DNA from: a bacterium
GTDB lineage: Bacteria > Zhuqueibacterota > QNDG01 > JABMRT01
NCBI GenBank assembly: GCA_011046415.1
Contig: DSAP01000185.1
Coordinates: 1 to 51,337, forward strand
DNA length: 51,337 bases
Direction: 5' to 3'
The stretch's first letter is position 1, and every line of letters begins with the position of its first letter. Below, piece by piece: positions 9,865-20,535 of this stretch. The notes beneath the pieces are model-generated. The model saw only the letters and a list, made by a program, of their open reading frames with translations, was not told the origin of the DNA and did no database searches. Both the position numbers and the translations under genes were made by a program.

Positions 9865-11133
9865 TTATTTGAAATTCTTCCTAATATAATTCATCGCTTT
9901 GTCGATCCATTGTCTGGGCCAGAGACTCCGACGTCCGGCATCCGCAATCTGCGACGGGCAGGTATTTTTGATTCCGAATAAAACGAGTCCGACACCCGTG
10001 GCCATCATCGGACTCTGTACCGATTCGATCAGCCCGCCGAATCCCTGGGGAATGCCGAGTTTCGATTCATGTCCGAACACCTGATCGGCCAGCTTTTCAC
10101 TTCCGGAAAGGAGCGCACCGCCCCCTGTGAGAACGATGCCGGCCGCCAGCCTGTCGCCGAAATCGGAACGCTTGATTTCTTTCGATACGAGGCTGAAGAT
10201 TTCTTCCATTCGCGGCTGGATGATCGCCACGAGAGCCTGGAAAGACACCTCACGGGATTCACGGCCGCCGATTCCCTTGACCCAGAACGACCCGGCCTGT
10301 TTGAGCGCATCCTGATGGGCGCACCCGTAGTTGCGTTTGATGGCCTCTGCACTCTCGACCGGTGTTTTCAGTCCGAGCGCGATGTCGTTGGTGACATTCT
10401 GGCCGCCCAGGGTAATCACGGCCGTATGCCGGATCGTGCCGTCATAGAAGATGGCCAGGTCCGTCGTGCCGCCACCGATATCGATCAGCGCCACCCCCAG
10501 TTCTTTCTCGTTTTCGTCGAGCACCGCACAACTCGAAGCCAGGGGTTCCAGCACCAACCCGACCACATTCAGCCCCGCCCTGCTCACGCTGCGGATGATA
10601 TTCTGGGTGGATGCCGCGGCGCCCGTGACGATATGGACCTCGGCCTCGAGGCGGACTCCCGAGATGCCGACAGGATTCTTGATACCGCCCTGGTTATCGA
10701 CGACAAACTCCTGGGGGATGACATGCAAAACCTCCCTGTCCTGCGGCAGGGCGATCGCCCTGGCCGCCTCGAGCACACGATCGACATCCTGGTCGATGAT
10801 TTCATGATCCGGCCTTGAGACACCCACCACGCCCCGGCTGTTTACGCTGTGTACATGTTCTCCCGCGATACCGACGATCACATCCTGAATCTGGATACCC
10901 GCCGTAAGCTGGGCTTCCTGAACCGCCTTCCGGATGGACTGGATGGCCTGGTCAAAATTGATGACCACCCCATGCCGCAGACCCTGGGAAGGGGCGAGAC
11001 CCACGCCCAGTATCAGTGGTTTGCCGTCCGGCCCGACCTCACCGATTACCATCCCGATCTTGTGTGTCCCGATATCGAGACTCGCGATGATTTGTTGCCC
11101 GGACGATCTTCCGAATTGATGTGGGAGTACCAT
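9865..11133 (-). CDS. ftsA: Cell division protein FtsA
   Basis: LDIGTHKI, IDIGGGTTD, LTGGGALL; lies between ftsQ and ftsZ. Confidence 0.98.
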   Translation of the reverse strand: MVLPHQFGRSSGQQIIASLDIGTHKIGMVIGEVGPDGKPLILGVGLAPSQGLRHGVVINFDQAIQSIRKAVQEAQLTAGIQIQDVIVGIAGEHVHSVNSRGVVGVSRPDHEIIDQDVDRVLEAARAIALPQDREVLHVIPQEFVVDNQGGIKNPVGISGVRLEAEVHIVTGAAASTQNIIRSVSRAGLNVVGLVLEPLASSCAVLDENEKELGVALIDIGGGTTDLAIFYDGTIRHTAVITLGGQNVTNDIALGLKTPVESAEAIKRNYGCAHQDALKQAGSFWVKGIGGRESREVSFQALVAIIQPRMEEIFSLVSKEIKRSDFGDRLAAGIVLTGGGALLSGSEKLADQVFGHESKLGIPQGFGGLIESVQSPMMATGVGLVLFGIKNTCPSQIADAGRRSLWPRQWIDKAMNYIRKNFK

Positions 11134-11136
11134 GAA

Positions 11137-11886
11137 TTATGTCCTTATGCCTATAATGACCTGTCCCTGATAACGCAGATCGACATACCGGATATCGCCC
11201 CCCTGCGAGGCAACCTCTCCAAGCACCGCCTCGAGACAACGAATTTTGGTTGCATGCTGTTTTTCACCCACGAGTACGCGAAGTCCGGACCGGCTCGTGT
11301 ACAGGACAATGCCTTCTGCTTTGCCGGGAAGCACCTCAGAGATCTCTTTATAAAGATATTCCCGATCGCTCTTAACCAGTTTGAGAAAATCGAGTCCGGC
11401 CTGAACCTGCTCGCTGTCAATGTGTTTTCCAAGACGGGGTTCTCCGGGCAGGGGGCAGGAAATCACCGGCATGTCGTACAGCCTGCCCGGCCGGGTGGGC
11501 AGAACCAGGCCGCTGTCATCCACGGCGTAAAATATTTTTTTGGATTTCAGGAGTGCCAGCGCCTGTTTTTCCTGGATCCGGATGTCGAGAATGTCCGGGA
11601 AACGCCGGGAGATCCGCGCCGATGCGACAAACGGGTTAGACCGGATACCCTGTTCGGCTCTCTCCAGACACACGCTCCAGATCGATCCGGCATCATCCAC
11701 ACCGGCCAGCTTTCTGATCTCAGCGTCGTCGATCAGATCATTTCCCCTGATTTCGATGCGCCGGATTTGAAAGACATCGGCATTCCGGAGCCAGCGTGCA
11801 TACCCGCGCATCACGAGTACGGACATAAACGCCGCCATGCAAATCATAAAAATTTTTTTCATAACCTGGAACATACTTTTGAACAC
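11137..11886 (-). CDS. ftsQ: Cell division protein FtsQ/DivIB
   Basis: N-terminal TM, POTRA domain (IEIRGN, RRFPDIL.I.I.E), C-terminal YVDLRYQGQVII. Confidence 0.93.
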   Translation of the reverse strand: MFKSMFQVMKKIFMICMAAFMSVLVMRGYARWLRNADVFQIRRIEIRGNDLIDDAEIRKLAGVDDAGSIWSVCLERAEQGIRSNPFVASARISRRFPDILDIRIQEKQALALLKSKKIFYAVDDSGLVLPTRPGRLYDMPVISCPLPGEPRLGKHIDSEQVQAGLDFLKLVKSDREYLYKEISEVLPGKAEGIVLYTSRSGLRVLVGEKQHATKIRCLEAVLGEVASQGGDIRYVDLRYQGQVIIGIRT

Positions 11887-11973
11887 CCGATTCCTGATGA
11901 AAATACTTCAACACGGAATTTTCGATCGCATTCCCCTCGGCCTTTTCCCAACCGGTTACCGTGTTCCTTGTTT

Positions 11974-12008
11974 TTTTTGAATTTTGAGTCTCGAATCCTC
12001 AATTTTCT
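11974..12008. repeat. Degenerate heptamer tandem repeat between murB and ftsQ
   Basis: TTTTTGA ATTTTGA GTCTCGA ATCCTCA ATTTTCT. Confidence 0.5.
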
Positions 12009-12054
12009 TCCCTCTGCCCGCAAGGACTGATTTCCCGACCTCTCACGCACAGGA

Positions 12055-12978
12055 TCATGGAACCGTTTCCTCGAATCCCACAAAATGGATCTCGGGCTCC
12101 AACCGGACACCGAACCGTTCGAAAACGCGTTCCTGCACCTCGCGGATCAGGTGCAGCACATCCCGTGCACTGGCCACATGTACATTCACGATGAAATTCG
12201 CATGTTTTTTCGAGACCATGGCATCGCCGATGCGCAGCCCTTTCAGCCCCGCCTCCTCAATCAGACGGCCGGCATAATCGCCTTCAGGACGCTTGAACAC
12301 GGAACCGGCCGACGGCAAGGAGAGCGGTTGCCGCTCCCTCCGGCGTTTGAGGATATTATCCTGGACCGCCTGCATCTCGGTCGGATTCCCGTCGTGCAAA
12401 GTCAGTTCCGCTTCGATGACGACGATTCTCCGGGGCAGATCTGTCTGCCTGTATCCGGCACGAATTTCCGCCCGCTCGCGTTTCTCTACGATGCCGGTCG
12501 GATCGAGGAATTTAATCCGGCTGATCGTGTTGAAAATCTCCTCTCCGAACGCGCCTGCGTTGAGCCTGACCGCTCCGCCCAGACTGCCCGGAACACCCGA
12601 CAGCTCTTCCAGACCGGACAGGCCGAATTCGGTACAATACCGGAGCAGATCCCAGAGCAGCACACCGGCTCCGGCCGTCACGACGGTCCCCCTGGAACTG
12701 ATGTGGTTGAATGCATCCGAGACGTCGATCACGATGCCGCGAAACCCCGTATCGCTCACCAGCAGGTTGCTCCCGCGTCCGATCACGAACCAGTCGAGTG
12801 ACTCGGCATGACAGATATCGAGAAGCAGACGCACATCATCGAGATCGCCGGGCAGGGCGAAAAGATCCGCCGGTCCGCCGATCCGGTAAGACGTGTGACC
12901 GGAAAGCGGTTCATCGGCCAGGAGCGATCCTTTGAAACGCTGTTTGATTTTCTGGATAATCCGGATCTTGTCCATCAT
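12055..12978 (-). CDS. murB: UDP-N-acetylenolpyruvoylglucosamine reductase
   Basis: HTSYRIGGPAD, GRGSNLL, PGSLGGA..NAGA, QP...PSAGSVFK, KHANFIVN, LEPE. Start placed at MMDK, after the murC stop. Confidence 0.96.
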   Translation of the reverse strand: MMDKIRIIQKIKQRFKGSLLADEPLSGHTSYRIGGPADLFALPGDLDDVRLLLDICHAESLDWFVIGRGSNLLVSDTGFRGIVIDVSDAFNHISSRGTVVTAGAGVLLWDLLRYCTEFGLSGLEELSGVPGSLGGAVRLNAGAFGEEIFNTISRIKFLDPTGIVEKRERAEIRAGYRQTDLPRRIVVIEAELTLHDGNPTEMQAVQDNILKRRRERQPLSLPSAGSVFKRPEGDYAGRLIEEAGLKGLRIGDAMVSKKHANFIVNVHVASARDVLHLIREVQERVFERFGVRLEPEIHFVGFEETVP

Positions 12979-12997
12979 AACGTCTCTGATCGTCCAT

Positions 12998-14410
12998 TCA
13001 TGATTTACCGGTCGCCGACCTGTTTCTTTCCTCGAGCAACCGGACAAACTGCTCTCCGTATTTCCAGATATCGCCTGCACCGAGGGTAATGACGATGTCG
13101 CCTGCACAGACGATTTTTTCGAGACGCGACGGCAGTTCGGATTTCTCGGGAATGTAAACGACGTGCCGGTGCCCGAAATCACGCGCCGACTCGGCCACCA
13201 GTTGCCCCGAGACATCTGGAACCGGCGTCTCACGGGCCGGATAGATATCCGTGACCACGAGCACATCCGCGTCGAAAAACGATTGCCCGAAATCCTGACA
13301 GAAATCACGCGTCCGGCTGTACAGGTGCGGCTGAAAAACCGCGACGATGCGCCGATTCCATCCGCCGCGGGCCGCCTGGAGCGTGGCGACGATCTCGGTC
13401 GGATGATGTGCGTAATCGTCCACCACCATCACATCCTGGATATGGGCCTTGATCTCGAATCGGCGATGAACCCCGGAAAACCTGGACAGGGATTTCCGGA
13501 TGGTATCGAAGGGAATCTCCAGTTCGAGCCCCACCGCCAGCGCGGCCAGGCTGTTCTTCACGTTATGGTGACCGGGAAGCTGCAGCGACACCTTCCCGAG
13601 CTCACGGCCGCGCCAAAACGCCGTGTATTCGCTCTGCGCTTCGCGAAACTCCGGATGAACGGCACGGACTTCGGCCTGGGGTGTCAGCCCGTAGGTCACG
13701 ATCCGCCGCTCGAGGCGGGGCATGATACCCTGAAGAGAGTCTTCGTCGAGACAGAGGATGACCGTGCCGTAAAAGGGCACCTTGTTCGCAAAGGTCACGA
13801 AGGCGTCCTTGATGGCATCGAGATCGTCGTAACAGTCCAGATGTTCGGTCTCGATATTGGTGATCACGGCGAGGGTCGGCGTGAGCGTGAGGAAGGACCG
13901 GTCGAATTCATCGGCCTCGGCCACGAGATAGTCGCCCGCACCCAGCCGTGCGTTGGTCTTGAGATGACGGATCTTCCCCCCGATGATCAGGGTGGGATCA
14001 TAACCGCCGTCCTCCAGGACGAGCCCGACCATCGAACTCGTGGTCGTCTTGCCGTGCGTCCCGGCCACGGCCACGCCCTGTTTCATGCGCATCAGTTCGC
14101 CGAGCATCGCGGCGCGCCGGATGACGGGAATTTTTTGTTCTAGAGCAGATTCGACTTCGGGATTCTGGCGGTTCACGGCGGAGGAGATGACCACCACGTC
14201 CGCGCCGGTAACCTGTACGGCGGAATGTCCTTCATGGATCACGGCGCCCTGTCCGGCCAAATGGTCGGTGACCGGGGTAAGCTGTTTGTCGGATCCGGTC
14301 ACCTCGAATCCGAGATTCAGGAGCACCTCGGCGATCCCGCTCATTCCGATGCCGCCGATGCCGACGAAATGGATCCGTCGGGTGCGGCCCAGCAGCCCGT
14401 TGGCTTTCAT
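12998..14410 (-). CDS. murC: UDP-N-acetylmuramate--L-alanine ligase
   Basis: HFVGIGGIGMSG, AGTHGKTTT, EADEFD, DDYAHHPTE, FQPHLYSRT. Confidence 0.98.
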   Translation of the reverse strand: MKANGLLGRTRRIHFVGIGGIGMSGIAEVLLNLGFEVTGSDKQLTPVTDHLAGQGAVIHEGHSAVQVTGADVVVISSAVNRQNPEVESALEQKIPVIRRAAMLGELMRMKQGVAVAGTHGKTTTSSMVGLVLEDGGYDPTLIIGGKIRHLKTNARLGAGDYLVAEADEFDRSFLTLTPTLAVITNIETEHLDCYDDLDAIKDAFVTFANKVPFYGTVILCLDEDSLQGIMPRLERRIVTYGLTPQAEVRAVHPEFREAQSEYTAFWRGRELGKVSLQLPGHHNVKNSLAALAVGLELEIPFDTIRKSLSRFSGVHRRFEIKAHIQDVMVVDDYAHHPTEIVATLQAARGGWNRRIVAVFQPHLYSRTRDFCQDFGQSFFDADVLVVTDIYPARETPVPDVSGQLVAESARDFGHRHVVYIPEKSELPSRLEKIVCAGDIVITLGAGDIWKYGEQFVRLLEERNRSATGKS

Positions 14411-15522
14411 GACGCCTTCCTTCCGTCTGAACCGGTTCGCTGCAATTGCGTGAGGATGTCGGCCGCGATATCCCGGGCCGCTTGCGGCCTTCCGAACGTT
14501 TTGGCTTTCTCGCCCATCCCGCGGCGCAAATCCGGATTATCCATCAACCCGAACAGACGGCTCAACAGCCGCCCCTGAACCTCGGATTCACACACCATCT
14601 CGGCCGCCCCGGCATCTACGAGGACCCGGGCATTGGCCTCCTGATGTCCTTCGGCCGCTGCGGGAAAGGGAATGAAGAGCACGCAGAGCCCGAGCCGTGT
14701 CACTTCCGAGACCGTGGTCGCGCCCGCACGGCAGATCACGAGGTCGGCCGCGGCATAGGCCGCGCCCATCGCTTCGATATATGACAACACGCGGATCCGT
14801 TTACCCCAGTCCAGGCAGGCGTCGCGGATCTCGTTTTCCCACCGTGGTCCCGCTGCCCAGAGCACCTGCCAGTCGTCCGCCTGCATCAGGGCGGGCAGGA
14901 CGGACACCATCGCCCGGTTCAAACCCCGCGCCCCCTGGCTGCCCCCGAAAATCAGGAGTGTCTTCCGTCCCGGGTCCAACCGGAACATTTGAATCGCCGT
15001 CTTACGGTCCGTTTCCTGAATCGCTTCCCGGGTCGGATTGCCCGTCACGCACAGATTGTCCTGCCTTTTGAACACGGAACGGCTCCCCTCGAAACTCAGA
15101 TACAGCCGCCGTACCCTTTTCGACAGGATCCGGGTCACGAGTCCGGGAAGCCGGTTCTGCTCCTGCAGGAAGGTCGGTTTACCGAGTATCTGACCGGCTC
15201 GGAGAACCGGCCAGCTCACGTATCCGCCCGTGCCGATCACGGCGTCCGGCCTGAAACGGAGGATCATACTGAGAGACTGGATCAGAGAAACCCCCATCTT
15301 GACGGGGAAAAGCAAATTACCCCACAGACGCCCCCGGCTGATGCCGCTGATCCAGACCGGTGTGAACGGAATGCCCTCCCGGGGAATCACGCCGGCCTCG
15401 ATGCCGCGGCGTGTCCCCGCGAAGAGCGCCTCCACCTCTGTCTGTTCACGAAGCGCCTCGAGAATAGCCAGGGCCGGATACAGATGTCCGCCCGTGCCGC
15501 CGCCCGTCAGGATGAGTCGCAC
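14407..15522 (-). CDS. murG: Lipid II GlcNAc transferase MurG
   Basis: GGGTGGH, GTGGY, EQN, GNP.R, GGSQGA, RAGA.T..E, HQEANA. Confidence 0.98.
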   Translation of the reverse strand: MRLILTGGGTGGHLYPALAILEALREQTEVEALFAGTRRGIEAGVIPREGIPFTPVWISGISRGRLWGNLLFPVKMGVSLIQSLSMILRFRPDAVIGTGGYVSWPVLRAGQILGKPTFLQEQNRLPGLVTRILSKRVRRLYLSFEGSRSVFKRQDNLCVTGNPTREAIQETDRKTAIQMFRLDPGRKTLLIFGGSQGARGLNRAMVSVLPALMQADDWQVLWAAGPRWENEIRDACLDWGKRIRVLSYIEAMGAAYAAADLVICRAGATTVSEVTRLGLCVLFIPFPAAAEGHQEANARVLVDAGAAEMVCESEVQGRLLSRLFGLMDNPDLRRGMGEKAKTFGRPQAARDIAADILTQLQRTGSDGRKAS

Positions 15523-15524
15523 GA

Positions 15525-16679
15525 TCAGCCTCCGGGTATCACATATGCCCGCCTGCTGCGGGCGCGGGTAAATTCGGAAAACGTCACATCCACCTGCCTC
15601 GAGATATTGATCAGGATGCCCCCCCCCATCATCATCACAATCAAATTCGAACCGCCGTAACTGATGAAAGGAAAGGGCAGTCCGGTTGTGGGCAGCAGAT
15701 TGACCACCACCCCCGCATTGATCAGGGCGTTGAACAGGATCATGGCCGTGATGCCGCCGGCCAGGAGGAACCCGTACCGGTCCGGCGCATGGAGGGCGAT
15801 CCGCATCCCGCGCCAGAGCACCACACAGAACAGGATCATGATGAAGGCCAGCCCGAGGAAACCGAGCTCCTCGCCCGCATGGGCGAGTATGAAATCCGAA
15901 AACGGCTCCGGGAGGAACAGGAATTTTTGTTTCCCCTCACCGTATCCGACACCCGCCAGTCCCCCGCGCGCCAGGCCGATGATCGACTGCTCCACCTGAT
16001 GACTCATCCGGCCGCCCTGAAACGCAGATTGAATATAATCCGAGATCCGCTTTTTTTGGTAGGGGAACAGCGCCAGGCCCAGCAGGACCATCGGCGCTAT
16101 TCCCCCGACCATCCGAGCCATCTGCCCCCAAGGCACCCCGGATAAGAAAAAAATCGAAAACCCGAGAAAGAAGAGGATCAGAGCCGATCCCAGATCCGGC
16201 TCGATGAAAACCAGCGCGACCGTCGCGATGAGCAGGCCGTAATGAATATAGATGGATCTGGAATCGGGCATTTCTGTTTCCGAATCCCTCGAGAAGATCG
16301 CGGCCAGGAAAAAAATCATCACAGGCTTCATGAATTCGGACGGTTGAAACCGTTTGCCAAAAATTTCGAGAGACCGCCGGGCCCCGTGAAATTCCGGGGT
16401 GAACAGCACCGCGACCAGCAGCCCGGATGCCGCGAGAAAAAGGACGGGCGTCAGCGGCCGGAAAAGATGGTAATCGATCCGTGAAAAGAGAACCAGCAGG
16501 AAGGCGCCCAGAACGACGCGGATGAAATGGTTGCGGAGATAGAGCGTCGCATTGTCGTACTTCTCGCCCCCCCAGAACGCGCTGGAACTGTACACCATCA
16601 GGATGCCGATCATCAGAAGGAGGATGATCGCGGAAAGCAGGATCCGGTCGCCCTGCCTTTTTGGGCTGGATGCTCTCAT
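15525..16679 (-). CDS. ftsW: SEDS peptidoglycan glycosyltransferase FtsW
   Basis: MVYSSS, FQPSEFMK, EPDLG, LPEPFSDFI, EELG, PTTGLPFPFISYGGS. Confidence 0.97.
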   Translation of the reverse strand: MRASSPKRQGDRILLSAIILLLMIGILMVYSSSAFWGGEKYDNATLYLRNHFIRVVLGAFLLVLFSRIDYHLFRPLTPVLFLAASGLLVAVLFTPEFHGARRSLEIFGKRFQPSEFMKPVMIFFLAAIFSRDSETEMPDSRSIYIHYGLLIATVALVFIEPDLGSALILFFLGFSIFFLSGVPWGQMARMVGGIAPMVLLGLALFPYQKKRISDYIQSAFQGGRMSHQVEQSIIGLARGGLAGVGYGEGKQKFLFLPEPFSDFILAHAGEELGFLGLAFIMILFCVVLWRGMRIALHAPDRYGFLLAGGITAMILFNALINAGVVVNLLPTTGLPFPFISYGGSNLIVMMMGGGILINISRQVDVTFSEFTRARSRRAYVIPGG

Positions 16680-18037
16680 AATCGCCGCACCGCCTCCCTG
16701 AACCGGTCTCCCCGGTCTTCATAATTCCTGAACATGTCGAAACTCGCGCAGGCCGGTGAAAGCAGCACCACATCTCCCGGCTCCGCCTCCCGTTCGGCCA
16801 GACGGATGGATTCTTCCAGGGTCCCGGCGATGCGGATCGGACGGAGACCTGCGAACGCCCGTTCCATCTTCCGCGCCGCTTCACCGATCAGAATGATCGT
16901 CTTCACCCGTTCCCGGATACGTGGTTCGAGGATGCTGAAATCGGAATCCTTATCCCGGCCGCCCGCGATCCAGATGACCGGATTCGTGAAGCTGCCGAGC
17001 GCATGCCACACGGAATCCACATTGGTGGCCTTGGAATCATTGATCCAGCGCACGCCGTTCCGCTCCCGGACGAGTTCCAGCCGGTGAGGCAATCCCCGGA
17101 AGGATCGCAGCACCTGCCGGAGGATCTCGGCGGGGACCTCCATGAGCCGAGCAGCCAGCGAGGCCGCCAGGGCGTTGAGGTGATTGTGCGGACCGCGGAT
17201 GCCTGTTTCGGAAACCGGTATCAGGGACTCCTCCACACCGTGGATGGAGAGCGTGAGCATGCCGTCCCGGACGAAACCGCAGGTACTTCCGGAAGGATCG
17301 AACCCGAAAGCCGCCTTCCTGCTTTTCGCGGAGGCGCACAGTTGGATGACCCGGGGATCTTCGGCAGAATGGATCAGCCAGTCCGAAGCGGCCTGGTTTT
17401 GGAAAATCCGGGCCTTGAGCCCGCCGTATACCTCCATGCTGCCGTGACGGTCGAGATGATCGGCCGTGAGGTTGAGAAAAACGGCGATTTCCGGATGAAA
17501 GCTCTCCACGGTCTCGAGTTGAAAATTGCTGACCTCGAGGACGGACACCCCGTCTTCCCGCGTGTCGAGGACGGAACCGGAAAAGGAATGGCCGATGTTC
17601 CCCGCCACCACGGTCGGCCTGCCGGACTGCCTGAAGATTTCTCCGACCAGGGCCGTGGTGGTCGATTTGCCGTTCGACCCGGTGACGGCGATCATCCGTG
17701 CCCGGTTGAACCAGCTCGCCGCCTCCAGTTCGCCGTACAGGGGAATGCCCCGGCTTTGTGCTTCCTTCAGGATCGGGCTGTCGACCGGAATGCCCGGACT
17801 GACCACCCAGAAATCCGCCTGGAACACCCGGTCGGAATGACCGCCGGATTCGACATAAATGCCCTTCTTTATCAGATCCCGGATTTCCCCTGCATCCCGG
17901 TCGATGATGCCGGAATCGCTCAGGAAAACCTCGGCGCCCTTCGCCGCAAACAGTCCCGCCGCCCCCCGGCCGCTCAGCCCCGCGCCGAGCACCGTGACCC
18001 GCAATCCCTTGATTTCTTTCGGAGACGGATGCATCAT
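16676..18037 (-). CDS. murD: UDP-MurNAc-L-Ala--D-glutamate ligase
   Basis: SPGIP, TGSNGKSTT, EVSNFQLE, DHLDRH, NDSKATN, LLSPACASFD. Confidence 0.98.
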   Translation of the reverse strand: MMHPSPKEIKGLRVTVLGAGLSGRGAAGLFAAKGAEVFLSDSGIIDRDAGEIRDLIKKGIYVESGGHSDRVFQADFWVVSPGIPVDSPILKEAQSRGIPLYGELEAASWFNRARMIAVTGSNGKSTTTALVGEIFRQSGRPTVVAGNIGHSFSGSVLDTREDGVSVLEVSNFQLETVESFHPEIAVFLNLTADHLDRHGSMEVYGGLKARIFQNQAASDWLIHSAEDPRVIQLCASAKSRKAAFGFDPSGSTCGFVRDGMLTLSIHGVEESLIPVSETGIRGPHNHLNALAASLAARLMEVPAEILRQVLRSFRGLPHRLELVRERNGVRWINDSKATNVDSVWHALGSFTNPVIWIAGGRDKDSDFSILEPRIRERVKTIILIGEAARKMERAFAGLRPIRIAGTLEESIRLAEREAEPGDVVLLSPACASFDMFRNYEDRGDRFREAVRRL

Positions 18038-19119
18038 CTGACCTTGAATGTGGCCAGCGTAATCAGGGCGAAGAGGATACCCACGATCCAGAAGCGGGTC
18101 ACCACTTTTTCCTCGGGCCAGCCAAGCAGTTCATAATGGTGATGGATCGGCGCCATTTTAAAAACCCGTTTGCCGCGCAGTTTGAAAGACCAGACCTGCA
18201 CGATGACGGAAAGGGCCTCGGCCATGAACACGCCGCAGACCACCGGTAGCAGCAGCTCTTTCTTGAGAAGGACGGCCATCGTGCCCATCGCGCCGCCGAG
18301 GGCCAGCGCGCCCGTATCGCCCATGAAGACCGAGGCCGGATGGCTGTTGTACCACAAAAAACCGAGGGCGGCTCCGATGAGCGCCGCACAATAAACGGTC
18401 AGCTCTCCGGAACCGCGGAAATACTGGATCTGCAGGTAGTGACTCAGCGTGGCGTGTCCGCTGACATAACTGATTCCGGCCCAGGCGAGCGTCGCGATCG
18501 CGACGAGTCCGATCGCCAGTCCGTCGAGCCCGTCGGTCAGATTCACGGCGTTCGACGTGGCCGTGATCACGAAAATCACCATGGGGATGTAGAACCAGCC
18601 GAAATTGATCATCAGATCCTTGAAGAAAGGGACGGCCGTGGACCAGCACAGCGGGCTGAAATCACCGGACAGGGTCACGGTCAGCCCGACGATGAGTCCC
18701 CAGGTAATCTGTCCCGCCAGCTTGTACCGGCCGACCAGCCCTTTCGGATATTTCTTCACCGCCTTGAGCCAGTCATCGAGGAACCCGACCCCCCCCATCC
18801 AGAGCGTCGCCCCGGTCATGAGCAGGATATAGATGTTGTTCAGCCTGGCGAAAAGAAGCACGGGAATCAGAATCGCGGGCAGGATGATCAGGCCGCCCAT
18901 GGTGGGCGTGCCCGCCTTCAGCCGATGCGTTTGGGGTCCGTCTTCGCGGATCTCCTCCCCGATCTCGCGCCGCCGCAGCCATCGCAGAATGGCGGGCCCG
19001 ATGAGGAAGGTGAAGAGCAGCGCCGCGATTGCGGCCGAGGCCGCCCGGAAGGTGATGTAGCCGAACAGATTGAACCCGAAGAAATAGACCCGCAGGGGGT
19101 ACAGCAGATGATAGAGCAT
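18034..19119 (-). CDS. mraY: Phospho-N-acetylmuramoyl-pentapeptide transferase
   Basis: KAGTPTMGG, NAVNLTDGLDG, FMGDTG, MAPIHHHYEL. Confidence 0.98.
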   Translation of the reverse strand: MLYHLLYPLRVYFFGFNLFGYITFRAASAAIAALLFTFLIGPAILRWLRRREIGEEIREDGPQTHRLKAGTPTMGGLIILPAILIPVLLFARLNNIYILLMTGATLWMGGVGFLDDWLKAVKKYPKGLVGRYKLAGQITWGLIVGLTVTLSGDFSPLCWSTAVPFFKDLMINFGWFYIPMVIFVITATSNAVNLTDGLDGLAIGLVAIATLAWAGISYVSGHATLSHYLQIQYFRGSGELTVYCAALIGAALGFLWYNSHPASVFMGDTGALALGGAMGTMAVLLKKELLLPVVCGVFMAEALSVIVQVWSFKLRGKRVFKMAPIHHHYELLGWPEEKVVTRFWIVGILFALITLATFKVR

Positions 19120-19122
19120 CCC

Positions 19123-20535
19123 TCACCCCGATTCTGTTTGTGCCAGGATTTTGCCGAATAGCACGATCACCCTTTCCATCCGCATCCCCCGGCTGCCCTT
19201 CACCAGGATCCCGTCACCCGGACGGATCTCTTCGGCCAGCAGTTCCGCGATATCCGCATGGCTCCTGAAATGGCCGGCCCGTCGCAGGCCTTTCTCCCTG
19301 GCCCGGGACACCGCTTCGCGCATCAGGGGACCATAGGCGAAGAATCCGTCGAAAGACAGTCCGGCGATCCGCTCCCCCAGCCTCCGGTGTTCCGTTCCGG
19401 CGGAATCGCCCAGTTCGAGCATGTCGCCCAGGACGACGAATCGCCTTTTGAGCGACGGCATGCCGGCCAGGGTTTCCAGGGCGGCCTCTACCGAAGTGGG
19501 ATTGGCGTTGTAGGCATCGTTCAGCAAGGTGATCCCGTGAACGGCCTGGACTTGCATCCGCCGGTCGAACGCGGCATGACTTTCGAGGATTTCCCTGATC
19601 CGGACGTCCGGAATCCCGAAATAGCGGCCCACGGCGGCCGCGGCCAGCGCATTGGCGGCCTGGTGGCGTCCCGGAATCCGAAGCCGGACGGTCTCGTCGC
19701 CGAGACGGAACGCCGGACATCCCGAATCGTCGAGTCCCGCGAATTCGGCCTGGACGTCGCAGCCTTCGGAAAACCCGTAGAGTATCGTGTGATCCCGCTT
19801 CTCGTGCAGGGGACGGAGCAGGGGATCGTCGCCGTTCAGGAACGCCACGCGGTCCCTCGTCAATCCTTCGATCAGCTCGGTTTTCGCGCGCAGTACCCCG
19901 TCGAGCGATTCTAAGAATCCGATGTGTCCCTTTCCGATATTCGTGATCAGGCCGTGTGTCGGCCGGGCGATTTCGCAGAGCCGGGCGATCTCTCCGAAAT
20001 GGTTGGTGCCCATCTCGACCACGGCAATCTGTGAATCCTCCGGCCAGTTGAGAATGGAAAGCGGCACGCCGATATGGTTGTTCAGGTTGCCGAAAGACCG
20101 GGCCGTGCGGAAGGCGATGGAGAGGATGTCGGCCATCATTTCTTTGGTCGTGGTCTTGCCGTTCGACCCGGTGATCCCGATCACGGGAATCCGGAACCGG
20201 TCCCGGTACGCCGCCGCGAGTGTCTGGAACGCGGACAGCGGATCATGGGTCCGGATGACCGGCCCGCCGGCCTCTGAAGGTTGGTAGTCAGACCGGACAA
20301 GGGCCGCCGCCGCATGCTTTTTGAAGGCCAGGGGGACGAATTCATGGCCGTCGGACCGTTCCCCTTTCAGCGCGACGAAAAGATCACCCGCTTTCAGTGT
20401 CCGCGTATCGATGGACACGCCGGCAATGGGATGATCGGGCATGCCGGACCGGCTACCCAGAATCCGGGCCGCTTCCTGAAGCGTCCACCGCGTCTGACCG
20501 TTGTTAGAATGTTTGACGGATGAATTGACACCCAT
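19123..20535 (-). CDS. murF: UDP-MurNAc-tripeptide--D-Ala-D-Ala ligase
   Basis: GSNGKTTTKE, GNLNNHIGVP, EMGTNH, DAYNANP, GDMLELG, KGSRG. Start ATG 20535 has a GGAGG RBS. Confidence 0.97.
   Translation of the reverse strand: MGVNSSVKHSNNGQTRWTLQEAARILGSRSGMPDHPIAGVSIDTRTLKAGDLFVALKGERSDGHEFVPLAFKKHAAAALVRSDYQPSEAGGPVIRTHDPLSAFQTLAAAYRDRFRIPVIGITGSNGKTTTKEMMADILSIAFRTARSFGNLNNHIGVPLSILNWPEDSQIAVVEMGTNHFGEIARLCEIARPTHGLITNIGKGHIGFLESLDGVLRAKTELIEGLTRDRVAFLNGDDPLLRPLHEKRDHTILYGFSEGCDVQAEFAGLDDSGCPAFRLGDETVRLRIPGRHQAANALAAAAVGRYFGIPDVRIREILESHAAFDRRMQVQAVHGITLLNDAYNANPTSVEAALETLAGMPSLKRRFVVLGDMLELGDSAGTEHRRLGERIAGLSFDGFFAYGPLMREAVSRAREKGLRRAGHFRSHADIAELLAEEIRPGDGILVKGSRGMRMERVIVLFGKILAQTESG

Noticed and set aside
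12979-13308. Long N-terminal extension on MurB, and similar extensions on MurF, RsmH and the kinase
   Set aside because: They overlap upstream genes or lack homology; downstream starts fit family length or RBS better.
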